The notes under the pieces are model-generated. The model had not been told where the DNA came from. It saw only the letters and a program-made list of their open reading frames with translations, and did no database searches. Of a stretch of 64,000 nucleotides of DNA, positions 1 to 11,315 are shown piece after piece. The translations under genes and the position numbers were made by a program. The DNA is from a virus, in IMG/VR virus record IMGVR_UViG_3300032286_001377, positions 51,552 to 115,551 of that record. One strand, 5' to 3'. Numbering within the stretch: position 1 is the first letter of the stretch; each line of letters opens with the position of its first letter.

Positions 1-1
1 A

Positions 2-3000
2 AAATCCATTACCATAAATATTGGACCAAGAAGACCTTAGATCTGATTCAGTTGTATACAATGCTGTCAAATCTTGACCCATATATTCTTTCTTCCAATC
101 AAACCAGCTACGCTTATTTGAAATATTAATAGTTTTCCAGAAGCTGCCACTTGAAACCGGTAATTCCCATACATCAAACTTTGAAATATCTGGATCTAAA
201 TTACCAACTCTAATTGAAGTAGAGTTATTCATCTTTACAGAAAAAATTGGATATATAGCTTTAAGAGGTAAATTAACTGGCTTAAAAAGCGTAGAAGTTT
301 TAGGGCCTATAAAATCATTACTGTTTTTAGTGTTTCCATCAGCATCGATAGCACACACGGAAATAAATATATTGCTAGGACCACGATCTATATATTCTAG
401 ATATAACATTGTTTTACCTAAAATCTCTTTTTTAGAAACATCGTAAAATCCGTATATTAAACCTTCTTTTTCCAATTTATTAGATACACTTAAAGTTCCA
501 TACCTAGCATCAATTTCTGATCTAAATTTTATATTAATTGAATCTATAGAATTTAATATATCAGAAGAAGTTGGAAATCCAAAATGCGCACCACTAGAAT
601 CACATAAAAGAAGTATACCATCAGTAATATCAACTGTATTAGTATTACTTGGATATAGTCTATTAGCAAGATTCTTTAATCTAAATCCAGAACTAAGTTT
701 GTTAACTTTAACATGCGCACCAGTTGTAGCATAATAAGAAACTGATGTATTAGCACTAATAATGAGACCATTATTACTTAAAGAAATAGTTGAAGTAGAC
801 AAAGATTTGCCCGCATCATTCACCAATACAACTGATCCAGAAGTATATGTTAACTTTACTCTTTTATTTCTATTTGTGAAATCAAAAGATGAATCATATT
901 TAAAAGATAACTCGTATGAACCATTACTATAGTCTGCCTTATCAAGAGATATAGGAGAACTTAAAGTTGGACGCAAAACCTGTCCATTAGGAAATGGAGA
1001 CCCTCTATCTATATTCCCCTGATAATCACAACCTATATATAGATCGGTAATATATGAACTTGTTGATGGTAAGTTGCTAGTAGAATATTCTTTTGTAAAT
1101 GGAGTAGAAACATTTATTCCTCTAAACGTATCCGTAACAGTCACCTTAGCTAAAGCCCATATATCATATGTGTCAACAACAGTAGTCGGAACATTAGATC
1201 CTGGAGTAGTAACAGTTTCCAATAGTTCACCATCAACTTGAATAGATGCAATAGAAAAACCTTCGGCATAACCGTAACCAGGTAAGCCTTTACCTCTAAT
1301 CTCTATCCACATATAGCGAGCTTTGTCGGCATTTATTCCATTTAGAGAAAGCTCCACCTGACCATTAACAGCCTCTCTGTTTGGTGCAAAGTTAGTTGTT
1401 TTAAAAATATCTTGATAATTTAAATCAGAATATCCATATTGATTAATAGAAAAGTCTTTCCAAGCGACAGCACTACTTGCTTTGATGATTATTTTATGAA
1501 CTTTTTTAATCTTAGAAGGAACTTTAAAGAAAATAAAATCTTCAGCTTGATTAGGGCCGTTAAATCCAGAAAAACTTATTTTCTTATAAGTCTTAGTTCC
1601 TATCTCCGACACTAATCCAATAGTATCAGTTGCATTAATGTACTTAACTACACTTGCAGTGCTTGGATTTCCGGCAGCCCATGCTTTAAGATCATTATAT
1701 CTACTAAGATTAGAAATCTTTAATTTTTTCCAAAAGAATGCCAAAAATGATTTAGTTTCGCTATCGACTGTTCCATCCAAATATCTTTGATTACCACTTA
1801 CCTGAAACTGTTTAACTGCAGCTGCAGTCTTCGCTCCATATAAGCCATCAATTTTCACACTAATACCCAACGCTGCAGCTACAGTATACTGAATATATTT
1901 AACATACTCGTGAGACATTCCAGACTTCCAAAGTCTTGCATCTTTGTGTATATCAATATCTCCAGAATACAAATACGCATTAAAAGAGCTCTTAGAAGAG
2001 GTTGCTTTCAACTTCAAATCATCAATTGTTGAAATAAAATCTTCACAATTAATTGTCGTTCTTACATAGTGAGTACTAGAAGTTGGAGGAGTCGTAACAT
2101 AGGTGACCGTTTTCCTTTTAGCTGTACCCTTCACTACCATATCAAAGTTTAAGTTAACCTTCGCATCAAGGAATGGGCTTTCCTCACTACCTACAGAGTA
2201 TGAATAACTGCTATATAAATCAAAAGGATATGATTTAAAAGAACTTAAAATGTTTAATTTATCATTTAAAACTTTTGTATTAGAAGAACTTATCGTCTTA
2301 TCAATAATAGCATACGGACCAATCCCATCAGGAATAGTTAAAGTAGGTGACTCCTTCGTTGTATATGCGAATGGTTTAATGTTATTATCATCAATTTTGA
2401 AAAGATAATAAGAACTAGCAATATTATCATTCTCACTAGAAAAATTAGAAGTGTCAATTTTAGTAGCATTAGATATCTCTACATCTGGATTAGTGACTTC
2501 AATAAAAAATTCTACCTTAGAAGTATTGAACCCAAAAACTTTATCTTTATGATGCTCTGGAAGTACAGACGACAATCCATTTTTATAAAAAGAATCTAAA
2601 GAATTAACAGATATCAAGTCTATACCAAGTTGATCCATATTAGGAATATCTTTAAAATATTTAGATTTTTCATCTGCAAGAAGTACATCTTGACTCATAA
2701 CCCAAGATGAATTCCAATCAGAAACATAATTAAAAAGAGAACTTTTAATATCTTTAACTCTACTCGCACTTATTCTACAGTAAGCTGCATAAGAAGCTAT
2801 ATTATACAATAGCTTAAATGGACCTTCAACTATGCCTGGATAAATGTTTGCTCCAAAAGTAATACTAGAATCAGTAGACCCAACATTCTCGTCAACAACA
2901 ATATCAGTTCCATCTATATTGTATATATCATTACAATAAGATAAAAGAGGAAAAGTTATAGCAATTATATTGCCCTTTACAAGCTCAGAGGCATTAGGTG

Positions 3001-4624
3001 ACATAACAGGAATTATCAATCCAAGACTGGATGTCGAACTAGAACTAGTTCCACCTTTTATAAAAGAGTTACCGGCAGGATATCCAGTAAATTTCATATA
3101 ACTTTTATATGTATTTGAACTAATAAATTTATTAGATCCAAAAATTCCATAATAATCTTTTTCAAATAAATCAGGATCCGATCTAAGATCCCATCCACCA
3201 TTTTTATTCGGATCAATTAAAACACTTGAGTCATTAATTTCCGTATAAGAACAGCGAGTAAGTGTTTTATTCAAATTTATATTAACACCGAGCAGCCCGG
3301 GATCAGCCCCATTCGATAGATCTAATAGTATTGTGCCATTATTTTTAGTGAATTCATGAATCTTTCTAGCTTGGGCAGATGTTATATTTGAAATAGGTGA
3401 CCAAACAACAAAATCAAATTCATTTAAATTTAAATCATCAGAGTCTATATCCAATTTCCAATAGCTTGCTTTTTTCTTATCCGGATTGGGACCAGATTCA
3501 TTGATTGGATTTATAAATCTATATTGTGTTAAATTAAATGGAGAATTATTTAATCTGTTAAAAACATATGGATTACAAGTAACATTCGTTTCGCCTGATT
3601 TTGAACTATATAAAACAGCAACCTTGAAAGTTTTGGCAATTATATTATGAATAGAATCGTATTCTGAACTATTATTTATTTCATTTAAATTAATAGAATT
3701 CTTAGTTCTAGCAATAAGTCTCCAGTTAAAAACCTCAAAATTTCGATTATCATCTAAACCTTTTGCTGGAGTAACTATTTGATACCCATTTTCTACTCTT
3801 TGACCAGAGATTAAATCAGAATATTTTTGATTAATTTTTTTAACAGCAAACTTGTTATCATTTCTATAATTAGGATCTATAACAAAAGCTTCTTCTGGAA
3901 CATCCTGAAATAATTGAACAGAATTAATTGACTCCTGATAATTTATTTGCATATTAAAAGAGTTACCCCTAGCATCGCATTCAACCTTATCGTAGATAAG
4001 TTTTAATCCACTAGGAGCAGTGCCATCTAAAAGAACAATTATCCTACATGGGAGTTCAGGTCTATTATAATTGATGCTAGTTTTAAATGGTTCTAAAAGT
4101 ATTCTATATTTCCTTCTACCAGTATTAGAATCAACATAGTCGTTACCATTTCTATCTACAACTTTTATCTTAATATTATTAAACTTTTCAGGAGTTTCAT
4201 ATTGCTTTAAAGAAGTAAAGGTAAACGCATAGGATACTACGGTGAAAAATCTACTTATATAATAATTATGAACAAAATCGTTTGGATTTACAGAACCAAT
4301 ATCTACTGCTCCAGTTGTAGTTGCTTTACTCATAAAAATATTTGAAATACTAACATTATCACTATTAAAAGTATAGCTACCATCAAGCGTTCTAAGAAAT
4401 CCAAGCTCGTCCGCATAAGCCAAAAATGCTTCATTGTCAGACTGAACAAATGTACTTCTATTTTCTAAAATAGTTTCTGATAAATCAACCATAACAACAT
4501 TATTGGATGGAGAAATTTCTTTAGTAGAAAACCAAGATAAACCGATAGATCCACTTGGTACCGTATTACCAATTTTAAAAGCTTTTTCTTTTAAACCTGA
4601 TGTTATGTTTACAAATTTTTCCAT
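2..4624 (-). CDS. Large putative virion/baseplate-associated protein, >1541 aa, 3' end beyond the window (not in the ORF track)
   Basis: ATG at 4624-4622 lies 1 nt after the TAA of the 2224-aa gene, with GGGGAAG upstream. It reads MEKFVNITSGLKEKAFKIGNTVPSGSIGLSWFSTKE... and the same frame is open at the left edge (...SDLRSSWSNIYGNGF). I checked both ends, not every codon. Function is inferred from position only. Confidence 0.8.
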   Translation of the reverse strand, partial: MEKFVNITSGLKEKAFKIGNTVPSGSIGLSWFSTKEISPSNNVVMVDLSETILENRSTFVQSDNEAFLAYADELGFLRTLDGSYTFNSDNVSISNIFMSKATTTGAVDIGSVNPNDFVHNYYISRFFTVVSYAFTFTSLKQYETPEKFNNIKIKVVDRNGNDYVDSNTGRRKYRILLEPFKTSINYNRPELPCRIIVLLDGTAPSGLKLIYDKVECDARGNSFNMQINYQESINSVQLFQDVPEEAFVIDPNYRNDNKFAVKKINQKYSDLISGQRVENGYQIVTPAKGLDDNRNFEVFNWRLIARTKNSINLNEINNSSEYDSIHNIIAKTFKVAVLYSSKSGETNVTCNPYVFNRLNNSPFNLTQYRFINPINESGPNPDKKKASYWKLDIDSDDLNLNEFDFVVWSPISNITSAQARKIHEFTKNNGTILLDLSNGADPGLLGVNINLNKTLTRCSYTEINDSSVLIDPNKNGGWDLRSDPDLFEKDYYGIFGSNKFISSNTYKSYMKFTGYPAGNSFIKGGTSSSSTSSLGLIIPVMSPNASELVKGNIIAITFPLLSYCNDIYNIDGTDIVVDENVGSTDSSITFGANIYPGIVEGPFKLLYNIASYAAYCRISASRVKDIKSSLFNYVSDWNSSWVMSQDVLLADEKSKYFKDIPNMDQLGIDLISVNSLDSFYKNGLSSVLPEHHKDKVFGFNTSKVEFFIEVTNPDVEISNATKIDTSNFSSENDNIASSYYLFKIDDNNIKPFAYTTKESPTLTIPDGIGPYAIIDKTISSSNTKVLNDKLNILSSFKSYPFDLYSSYSYSVGSEESPFLDAKVNLNFDMVVKGTAKRKTVTYVTTPPTSSTHYVRTTINCEDFISTIDDLKLKATSSKSSFNAYLYSGDIDIHKDARLWKSGMSHEYVKYIQYTVAAALGISVKIDGLYGAKTAAAVKQFQVSGNQRYLDGTVDSETKSFLAFFWKKLKISNLSRYNDLKAWAAGNPSTASVVKYINATDTIGLVSEIGTKTYKKISFSGFNGPNQAEDFIFFKVPSKIKKVHKIIIKASSAVAWKDFSINQYGYSDLNYQDIFKTTNFAPNREAVNGQVELSLNGINADKARYMWIEIRGKGLPGYGYAEGFSIASIQVDGELLETVTTPGSNVPTTVVDTYDIWALAKVTVTDTFRGINVSTPFTKEYSTSNLPSTSSYITDLYIGCDYQGNIDRGSPFPNGQVLRPTLSSPISLDKADYSNGSYELSFKYDSSFDFTNRNKRVKLTYTSGSVVLVNDAGKSLSTSTISLSNNGLIISANTSVSYYATTGAHVKVNKLSSGFRLKNLANRLYPSNTNTVDITDGILLLCDSSGAHFGFPTSSDILNSIDSINIKFRSEIDARYGTLSVSNKLEKEGLIYGFYDVSKKEILGKTMLYLEYIDRGPSNIFISVCAIDADGNTKNSNDFIGPKTSTLFKPVNLPLKAIYPIFSVKMNNSTSIRVGNLDPDISKFDVWELPVSSGSFWKTINISNKRSWFDWKKEYMGQDLTALYTTESDLRSSWSNIYGNGF

Positions 4625-4625
4625 T

Positions 4626-7600
4626 TTATTCTTCCCCAGAATCTGGACGTATATTGCTGTAATTAACTATATAATTTGGAGTAGTTCCAAAGAGTCCCAT
4701 CTGATACTGTTGTAGTCTATTTAAAGGAACCCAAGATGGAGGAATCCAATTTGGAGTACTGTTAACCGAGTAAACATCAATGCTATTATAATGCTTAACA
4801 ACAAAATTTGGAGTAGCAATAGGATTAGAATTCAACTGCGTTGCTGGCATAAAAGCCGAAGGCAATGCTGAAGCTTCGTTCGCATAGTGTATATTGTCAT
4901 ATTTTTCATTCCAATAAGCTATATCACCAGTTATAGTAATGTTAGAAGCCAAAACAGTTTCCCCTAATGCAGCCAGTTTTGTCTGTATCTGGTTTGCTGT
5001 TTCATTTATTTCAACGGAAACAAACCATATTCCTGGATCACTTGCATCGCTATAGCTATTTATAGTTTCAAAAATATTAAAATATCCATTTGAGTCAGTT
5101 TGAGTATACGAGTAGCTTGCAGTGTTGAAAAGGTCATAGAGAGTTCTAGCTTTTCTATATTTGATAGCAACAGAAGCCAATAGTGGATTATCTTTCCAAT
5201 AAATTTTTCCAACTATTGCAAGCTTGCTAATTCCATCTGTATCTACAGTAAATCTAAGTGGAGCCGCTTTAACTTTAAGATCAAAGGTTTTATCACGTAT
5301 AATCTTATATGTTAACTGCTGAGAATAGCCTTGAGTCATACTATTGGCCGAGCTATTAGGAGTGCTGTTGGATAGCCCATTGGGTGTAGCAGAGCCGATT
5401 CCAGAAATATTAATTGTTCCACTAGAAGTTGTTGACAATATAGAACCATTATATCTAACAGTTGTTTTAGCAAAACCATTATCATTAGTTGTCACATAAG
5501 GATCTGCTACCAAAATATCATTGCCACTAATATAGAAAGTTTGACCTGGTTTTAAGTTTCCATTTGTATCATAAGAGATAATAGATAGGTACATTAAATC
5601 ATTAGAGGAATCAGTAATAAAATTGGGAGACAGATAAGCGGAGATTGAACTGAAATTGAACTCATCTTTGGTAAGATAAACATATCCTTCACTAATTGGT
5701 GAGTCAATCTGACTTAAATTCAATCCACTATCAATAAAGTTATCCTTATATGAATTCTCATAAGTCACATAATAATATGAATTAGTTGAAGGCGTTGTAC
5801 TAAAGTACGCTTTGGACTGGTAGTCATCTATTGAACTATTATAAACATCATTCTCAACGTAGAATGCATCATTCACATAATAAACAACTTCATATTCTCT
5901 ATCTACAACAGATGGAGTTGCCTGACTAAAAGGCGAAATAACATTCGTACTGGAAGATAAGTTGCTAAATAACCGCTTACCAGTATATACATCAGTGACT
6001 GAAGCATTCTTGATATTTTGGTAAGACAGATAAAGAGAATTACTCTTTCGACCCAAAACTGTTTCCGTATTATAGAATGATCCATTACCTGGAGTAGATG
6101 AGTCCTCGAATACAAGATTTCTATACTCCTTACCTCCAACATTAGCGATAATGGGTGCACCTTTTCTTGGAGAATTTGGTAGAGTTAAATCAAAGAATCT
6201 TCCATTATATGTTGCTGTCTCAGGATTAACATAAATGTATTGATCTTTTTCCTTAATATAAATCCAACCAGCATTAACGCCTAATCTATAATCATTTCGT
6301 CTAACTTCATCTGCTTCTGAATATATATCAACTTCAACATTATTTAAGTCACTATCACCCAAACTAGGAACTATACCATCTACCAGATATTCTTTAACTA
6401 TTTTAATTTCTTGATCAGTTAAAACTCTTCTCCATATTGCCACGGCAGCCAATTCCATATCAGCATATCCTGAGTTGTTATAATACTGAGAGCCAATAGT
6501 CAGAGGAGTGTTACTGCTTAAAGTCCCTATAGTTGAGTCTGTAGCAGGGACGCCCATTGTTGTATTAGCGTAAACATAGGTAGTGTCTTTTGAAACATTT
6601 CTTATACCAGTATGTGCCATTAGTGACCCAGCAACATAACCTGGGTTAGATGCCCCTCCAGAACCACCTGCGCCTGATACGAAGTTTAGAGCAGCTACGC
6701 CAGTGTTTGCTTTAGAGAGGTAGTATCCACCAGTCGGATCCCACTTCATAATAAAGCGTTGATCTGTTGCAGGCACTGACCAAGATCTTGCTACAGCCAT
6801 AAGTGTAAATGAATCATTTAAACCGAAGTTCACAAGGTCATTATTGGGAATAATAAAATAATCTGCCGCACCAGCGTCTGCGCCAAAAATCCAAACAGAT
6901 CTACCACCATTAGCCTTAGATGGCATAACTACCATTCTACGACCAGTAGTTCCTCTATTCATAGTTACTAATTGGCCGGTATTGCAAGTAAAACTAACCT
7001 GTGCCGGATAAGTGATTGAATCAAAGTCAACATCTAAAACTGGATTACCAGCAAAAGAATCTGTATTCCAAATTTTTGCCCGATAATACTTTCCCTCAGG
7101 TCCAGCTAAGCCCGTATTAGAAGCTGCTATATAATTAAACGCAGCGTTCGAACGCAAAGACAATGCCGTACCACCAGGGTTAGCTGTTACAACAGTATCA
7201 AAAAGTGTCCAGTTTACGCCATCTAATGAAGTATAAAATTTCACGGTATGCTGGAAAGTTGTATTGTTTATTGTGAGGGTAGCGCCAAACCACGCCTTAG
7301 TTCCAATTGGAATATTATGACCCTTAGTGGCGTAAACTAAACGAGAAGTTGTATCCGCACTAGAGGTGTAAGAGAAAAACATATTAGGACCAGGGGGTGT
7401 GCCTCCATTAAATCCTATTGAGTAGTTAGTAACCGAACTATCTACGCCCGATTGTCTCTTTCCTATAAGAGCTTTAGGACTAGCTACATATGTCTCAAAA
7501 GGTCTAATCTGCACGGCTAATGCAATATTGCCAGTAATATCAGTAGACGACCCCACTGCTGATGGTATTGTGGCACCATTAGTGCCAGCTGAGATACTAG

Positions 7601-10600
7601 GTTGATAGAAATACCCTTTGTCCTCAACATCCAATAAGGTTGGATCAGTGTTAATCACATTGGTGCCATTAATCGTTACGACACTCTTATATATTGAATC
7701 TTCATTGAACTCAATTGTCCAATCTTTTTGCTTAGAAAAATCTGCATCAAAGACGGTAGGACCACCAATTCCGCCACGAATAATGACTCTATACAAAGAG
7801 CCATTAATTACACCGGCACCGCTGTCACGAGATCCAATTTCCAAATTACCCGTTGATGCAGGTAACGAAACTGTTGGATTTAAAGTTGTTGTTCCAACTA
7901 ATATCCAAGAATTCGGCTCTAAATCTTGACTTGAATAATTAGCATAAAAATTAACAATACCTGTACTTCTAACTCTAGTAATTTTTATCCACTGAGTTTT
8001 TCCAGCGATGATAGCTCCACTATATGTATCTATCTCTGACCAAAAACTTCCAGTCCAATATCCAAATTTAACCTTACTAGGATCTGGATTAGCAAGAAGG
8101 ACCCTATATGCTCCACTCTTTGAGAGAATGCTAACATCTGAAGTTAATGTATTTAAGTTTAATTTGAAAACTATTTCAATATCACCAGTAACATCAAGTC
8201 CATTATGATCATAAACACCTGCATAGTTGGATGTAATTCCAGGAAGATTAAGTGCACCATTTCGAATATGTGCTGAGCCAACATAAGACATAGAGCCAAC
8301 CTGTGCGTCTAATACTGTGCCACCAGTACCAAGGTTGCTTATCATCTGAGCATTAAATGAAGCCGACTTAGCGTCTAGGTAGAGGACCGCATCTTTAAGT
8401 GGCGTAACCTTATGGCTCAATGAATTAGGATCTGCGGCAAAAGCTGTATTCAAATCAGAAACAATTGCATCATTGCTATAGGTAAAAGAATCTATATAGT
8501 TAGGTGTAGTATTGAATTTAACCGAATCTACAATATAAGGAGTTGCAGCAGCTAGACCAAATGAGTTTCTATTTAAAGTAACTGTTTCTAAAAATTTATC
8601 TTCCAACAAGAATGAATTATTATATTCTTCCTCGTTCTTAAATACTCTATTATTTTCGTCCAAGAAACCATAGAAGGTATTAGGTGCGGTTTCTGCTTCA
8701 AAATGTTCATAATTAGTTCTAACAAAAGGATATAAAACGCTATCTTTTGTATAGACATCAATATAATAAGGAGTAGATGAGAAGTTGATAGTAGCTTGAT
8801 CAAAATAATCAGGACTTGCACTAACAGCTCCAGATAGATTACGAGGCTGCCATAAAATATTTGGAGAAGAAGGCACCAAATAGGTATCATCACTAATCGG
8901 ATCTGTCGAATAGCCACCAGTAGCCTCAACATTTGAAGAGCTACCATATGTAGGATATGATTTAATTTTATTAGGAGAAATAAATAAATACTGCGGAGTC
9001 GCCTTTTGATGCTTTAAAACTGTTTGCTTAACAAGTTCTTCTATTTGAATAAGCGCATTAGAAACTCCGCCAACATTTAAAGTATTTGGAGTATTTAAAG
9101 CAATAGTGCCTTTATAAGTGTCAGAATTAAAAGACGCCTGCTTAGTTACGTAAACATTTGAACCTAAATACAGACCCGCATTATATCTATCCAGATTAGG
9201 GGTAGACAAAGTCATCGTTGTACCAATTGTTGGATTAGATTTCCATATAGGTGTAGAACGACTAAAGTCTATCTTATAATTACCAACTGAAAGATTAGTA
9301 TATGTTGGACTAACGCCTGTTGTAGTTAATGACCTTCCAAAAATAACATTAATTGAAGCGGCCTCTGCAATATTAATGCTATTCTGCTTAGAAGTCCTTG
9401 TTGAATTGTAGTATCTCTGATTGAAAACCTTATCCCTGAATTCTAATTCAGCCAAAGTCATCCCTTGCTGATCAAATATTGGGATATAAGTGTACTCAGG
9501 GCTTGTTGGACTATTGGAAAGAAATTGATTACCTACAATAAAATCACTTCTATTATTATAGTTTAAATTTGCATAGAATGTAGATGGTGTAGCATAGTTG
9601 CCGTGGTTAGGCATGCTGATCTCATACACGACACCTGCTTGAACCTTTGACGAATCATAATCTGCAACTGTAGCAAGATAATTGAAATACCAAGTATAAT
9701 CTACTACTACTGGAGCATAAATTGTATTCGTGCTAATTGCTTTAAATCCAGAAATTTTAATGTTTCCAGAAAAAGAAACGGTTGAAGCTTCAGCTGGATA
9801 TATGTCCACCATCGCATCATCAAAGTCTCCAACTCCAGGCTGATAAAATGAACCCAATGGACTTGAAGCCTCATCATATACAGCTGGAATTCGAGAAACG
9901 CCCTCGCCATTTAACCCGGCATAATCCCAAAGTCCTTCATCCCACTTTACATAGCCAATGTTAGATGGATATTTAAAGTTGAGATCTTCAACTAACTGTC
10001 TGAACTGCTGGGTGGGTTGTCCTGCATCAGTGAAATATGGTGTAGAGTTTTCAATATCTGATATCTCTAATATTTCTGGAGTCGCACCTGAGTAATCTGA
10101 ATTTGGAGTAGCGCCATATGCTCTCCAAATGTCTAACTCTCGCCGCAGAGTACGCTTAAGAGCCTCATTTGATACCCCCGGCATATTTTTAGTTACATCT
10201 AAAATCCTTTTCTTATAATTAGAGTTAGATTCTAAATAAAGTCTTGGCAAGCTGACTCTTGCGCCAAACTCGTCAAAGTCATTAAAAATATTAATTGCTT
10301 CTTGGGTATATGAAATATCATTGACTTTAAGAGATGAAAACTGACGAAGAGTAAAAAGCTGTCTATCAACAGGACTATAATAGAAAGAATAATCGGTTGA
10401 TCTACCATCCATTAGATCTGCGAAAGATCCAACCCTGGCAAGCTGGACACTATCTCCTGATATTAAATTTATATTTTGAGGCACATTATATGCAACAAAC
10501 ATCCACGCAGTCATATCTTCATCTGCGCTAGCTATAAAAGAATCAATTGAATTTAATTCAACATCTGACTGATAATCGTCAAGACTTTCTTGTAGAATTG

Positions 10601-11300
10601 CAGTCAAAAACTTTCCACCAACAGACTGTGGAATAGCTAAAGAAGGAGTAGCAGGTTCGACAGAATCTTCAAAGATAGAAGTCCAGCTCGGAAATCTTTT
10701 TAATACGCTTCTAACAGAAGAGGAAATAACAGGTGAAACTGGATCATAAATTCCAACTTCTAAATAGAACAATAAACCAACTGAACTTAAATCAACATCT
10801 TGAGTAAAAATCTCTAGTTCAATCTTAACAAACGGTTTTGCATTCTTGATAAAAACAATATTAGAATCTGAAGAAACAGAAGATCTTAACCAGGGTCCAG
10901 CACTTGAATCGGATTCATAAAAGCTTATAGTAAAAGAAGGAACAATCACACCTGGAAGATTAGTGAAAGTATGACGATATGTAAGAATATCTATCCTGGA
11001 AGTAGTGTCAATAAATCTTCTCAATGAAGGAGTAGCTGGTTCGTAAATAACCTCACCAACATCTGTCTTATGAGTAACATTAGAACTATACGGAGTTGCA
11101 TGAATTCCAGTGTAAGACGGTGAAGTTACTTCAGTCCCAACATATGTTCTATCCCCTATAAGATTAAGACCATAAGCTGATCTGCTATAGGAATAGTTTT
11201 TAAATTGTGAATTTGAATATAGGTTAATAGGATTACTAGTCCAAATATTATTTGATTTACTAAAATCTGAACTTTTAAGCAGTAATAAATATTGCTTCAT
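4626..11300 (-). CDS. Giant baseplate (wedge-like) structural protein, 2224 aa, with inserted LamG/ConA-like domains
   Basis: FNDFDEFGARVSLPRLYLESNSNYKKRIL resembles the baseplate-wedge D-x-x-G...R...E-x-x-x-x-Y-x-x-R motif. The central ~6350-8430 segment has beta-sandwich repeats, and an Ig-like segment (YVTTNDNGFAKT) lies near the C terminus. It follows baseplate J. Confidence 0.65.
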   Translation of the reverse strand: MKQYLLLLKSSDFSKSNNIWTSNPINLYSNSQFKNYSYSRSAYGLNLIGDRTYVGTEVTSPSYTGIHATPYSSNVTHKTDVGEVIYEPATPSLRRFIDTTSRIDILTYRHTFTNLPGVIVPSFTISFYESDSSAGPWLRSSVSSDSNIVFIKNAKPFVKIELEIFTQDVDLSSVGLLFYLEVGIYDPVSPVISSSVRSVLKRFPSWTSIFEDSVEPATPSLAIPQSVGGKFLTAILQESLDDYQSDVELNSIDSFIASADEDMTAWMFVAYNVPQNINLISGDSVQLARVGSFADLMDGRSTDYSFYYSPVDRQLFTLRQFSSLKVNDISYTQEAINIFNDFDEFGARVSLPRLYLESNSNYKKRILDVTKNMPGVSNEALKRTLRRELDIWRAYGATPNSDYSGATPEILEISDIENSTPYFTDAGQPTQQFRQLVEDLNFKYPSNIGYVKWDEGLWDYAGLNGEGVSRIPAVYDEASSPLGSFYQPGVGDFDDAMVDIYPAEASTVSFSGNIKISGFKAISTNTIYAPVVVDYTWYFNYLATVADYDSSKVQAGVVYEISMPNHGNYATPSTFYANLNYNNRSDFIVGNQFLSNSPTSPEYTYIPIFDQQGMTLAELEFRDKVFNQRYYNSTRTSKQNSINIAEAASINVIFGRSLTTTGVSPTYTNLSVGNYKIDFSRSTPIWKSNPTIGTTMTLSTPNLDRYNAGLYLGSNVYVTKQASFNSDTYKGTIALNTPNTLNVGGVSNALIQIEELVKQTVLKHQKATPQYLFISPNKIKSYPTYGSSSNVEATGGYSTDPISDDTYLVPSSPNILWQPRNLSGAVSASPDYFDQATINFSSTPYYIDVYTKDSVLYPFVRTNYEHFEAETAPNTFYGFLDENNRVFKNEEEYNNSFLLEDKFLETVTLNRNSFGLAAATPYIVDSVKFNTTPNYIDSFTYSNDAIVSDLNTAFAADPNSLSHKVTPLKDAVLYLDAKSASFNAQMISNLGTGGTVLDAQVGSMSYVGSAHIRNGALNLPGITSNYAGVYDHNGLDVTGDIEIVFKLNLNTLTSDVSILSKSGAYRVLLANPDPSKVKFGYWTGSFWSEIDTYSGAIIAGKTQWIKITRVRSTGIVNFYANYSSQDLEPNSWILVGTTTLNPTVSLPASTGNLEIGSRDSGAGVINGSLYRVIIRGGIGGPTVFDADFSKQKDWTIEFNEDSIYKSVVTINGTNVINTDPTLLDVEDKGYFYQPSISAGTNGATIPSAVGSSTDITGNIALAVQIRPFETYVASPKALIGKRQSGVDSSVTNYSIGFNGGTPPGPNMFFSYTSSADTTSRLVYATKGHNIPIGTKAWFGATLTINNTTFQHTVKFYTSLDGVNWTLFDTVVTANPGGTALSLRSNAAFNYIAASNTGLAGPEGKYYRAKIWNTDSFAGNPVLDVDFDSITYPAQVSFTCNTGQLVTMNRGTTGRRMVVMPSKANGGRSVWIFGADAGAADYFIIPNNDLVNFGLNDSFTLMAVARSWSVPATDQRFIMKWDPTGGYYLSKANTGVAALNFVSGAGGSGGASNPGYVAGSLMAHTGIRNVSKDTTYVYANTTMGVPATDSTIGTLSSNTPLTIGSQYYNNSGYADMELAAVAIWRRVLTDQEIKIVKEYLVDGIVPSLGDSDLNNVEVDIYSEADEVRRNDYRLGVNAGWIYIKEKDQYIYVNPETATYNGRFFDLTLPNSPRKGAPIIANVGGKEYRNLVFEDSSTPGNGSFYNTETVLGRKSNSLYLSYQNIKNASVTDVYTGKRLFSNLSSSTNVISPFSQATPSVVDREYEVVYYVNDAFYVENDVYNSSIDDYQSKAYFSTTPSTNSYYYVTYENSYKDNFIDSGLNLSQIDSPISEGYVYLTKDEFNFSSISAYLSPNFITDSSNDLMYLSIISYDTNGNLKPGQTFYISGNDILVADPYVTTNDNGFAKTTVRYNGSILSTTSSGTINISGIGSATPNGLSNSTPNSSANSMTQGYSQQLTYKIIRDKTFDLKVKAAPLRFTVDTDGISKLAIVGKIYWKDNPLLASVAIKYRKARTLYDLFNTASYSYTQTDSNGYFNIFETINSYSDASDPGIWFVSVEINETANQIQTKLAALGETVLASNITITGDIAYWNEKYDNIHYANEASALPSAFMPATQLNSNPIATPNFVVKHYNSIDVYSVNSTPNWIPPSWVPLNRLQQYQMGLFGTTPNYIVNYSNIRPDSGEE

Positions 11301-11315
11301 CTATAATCCTTTAAA

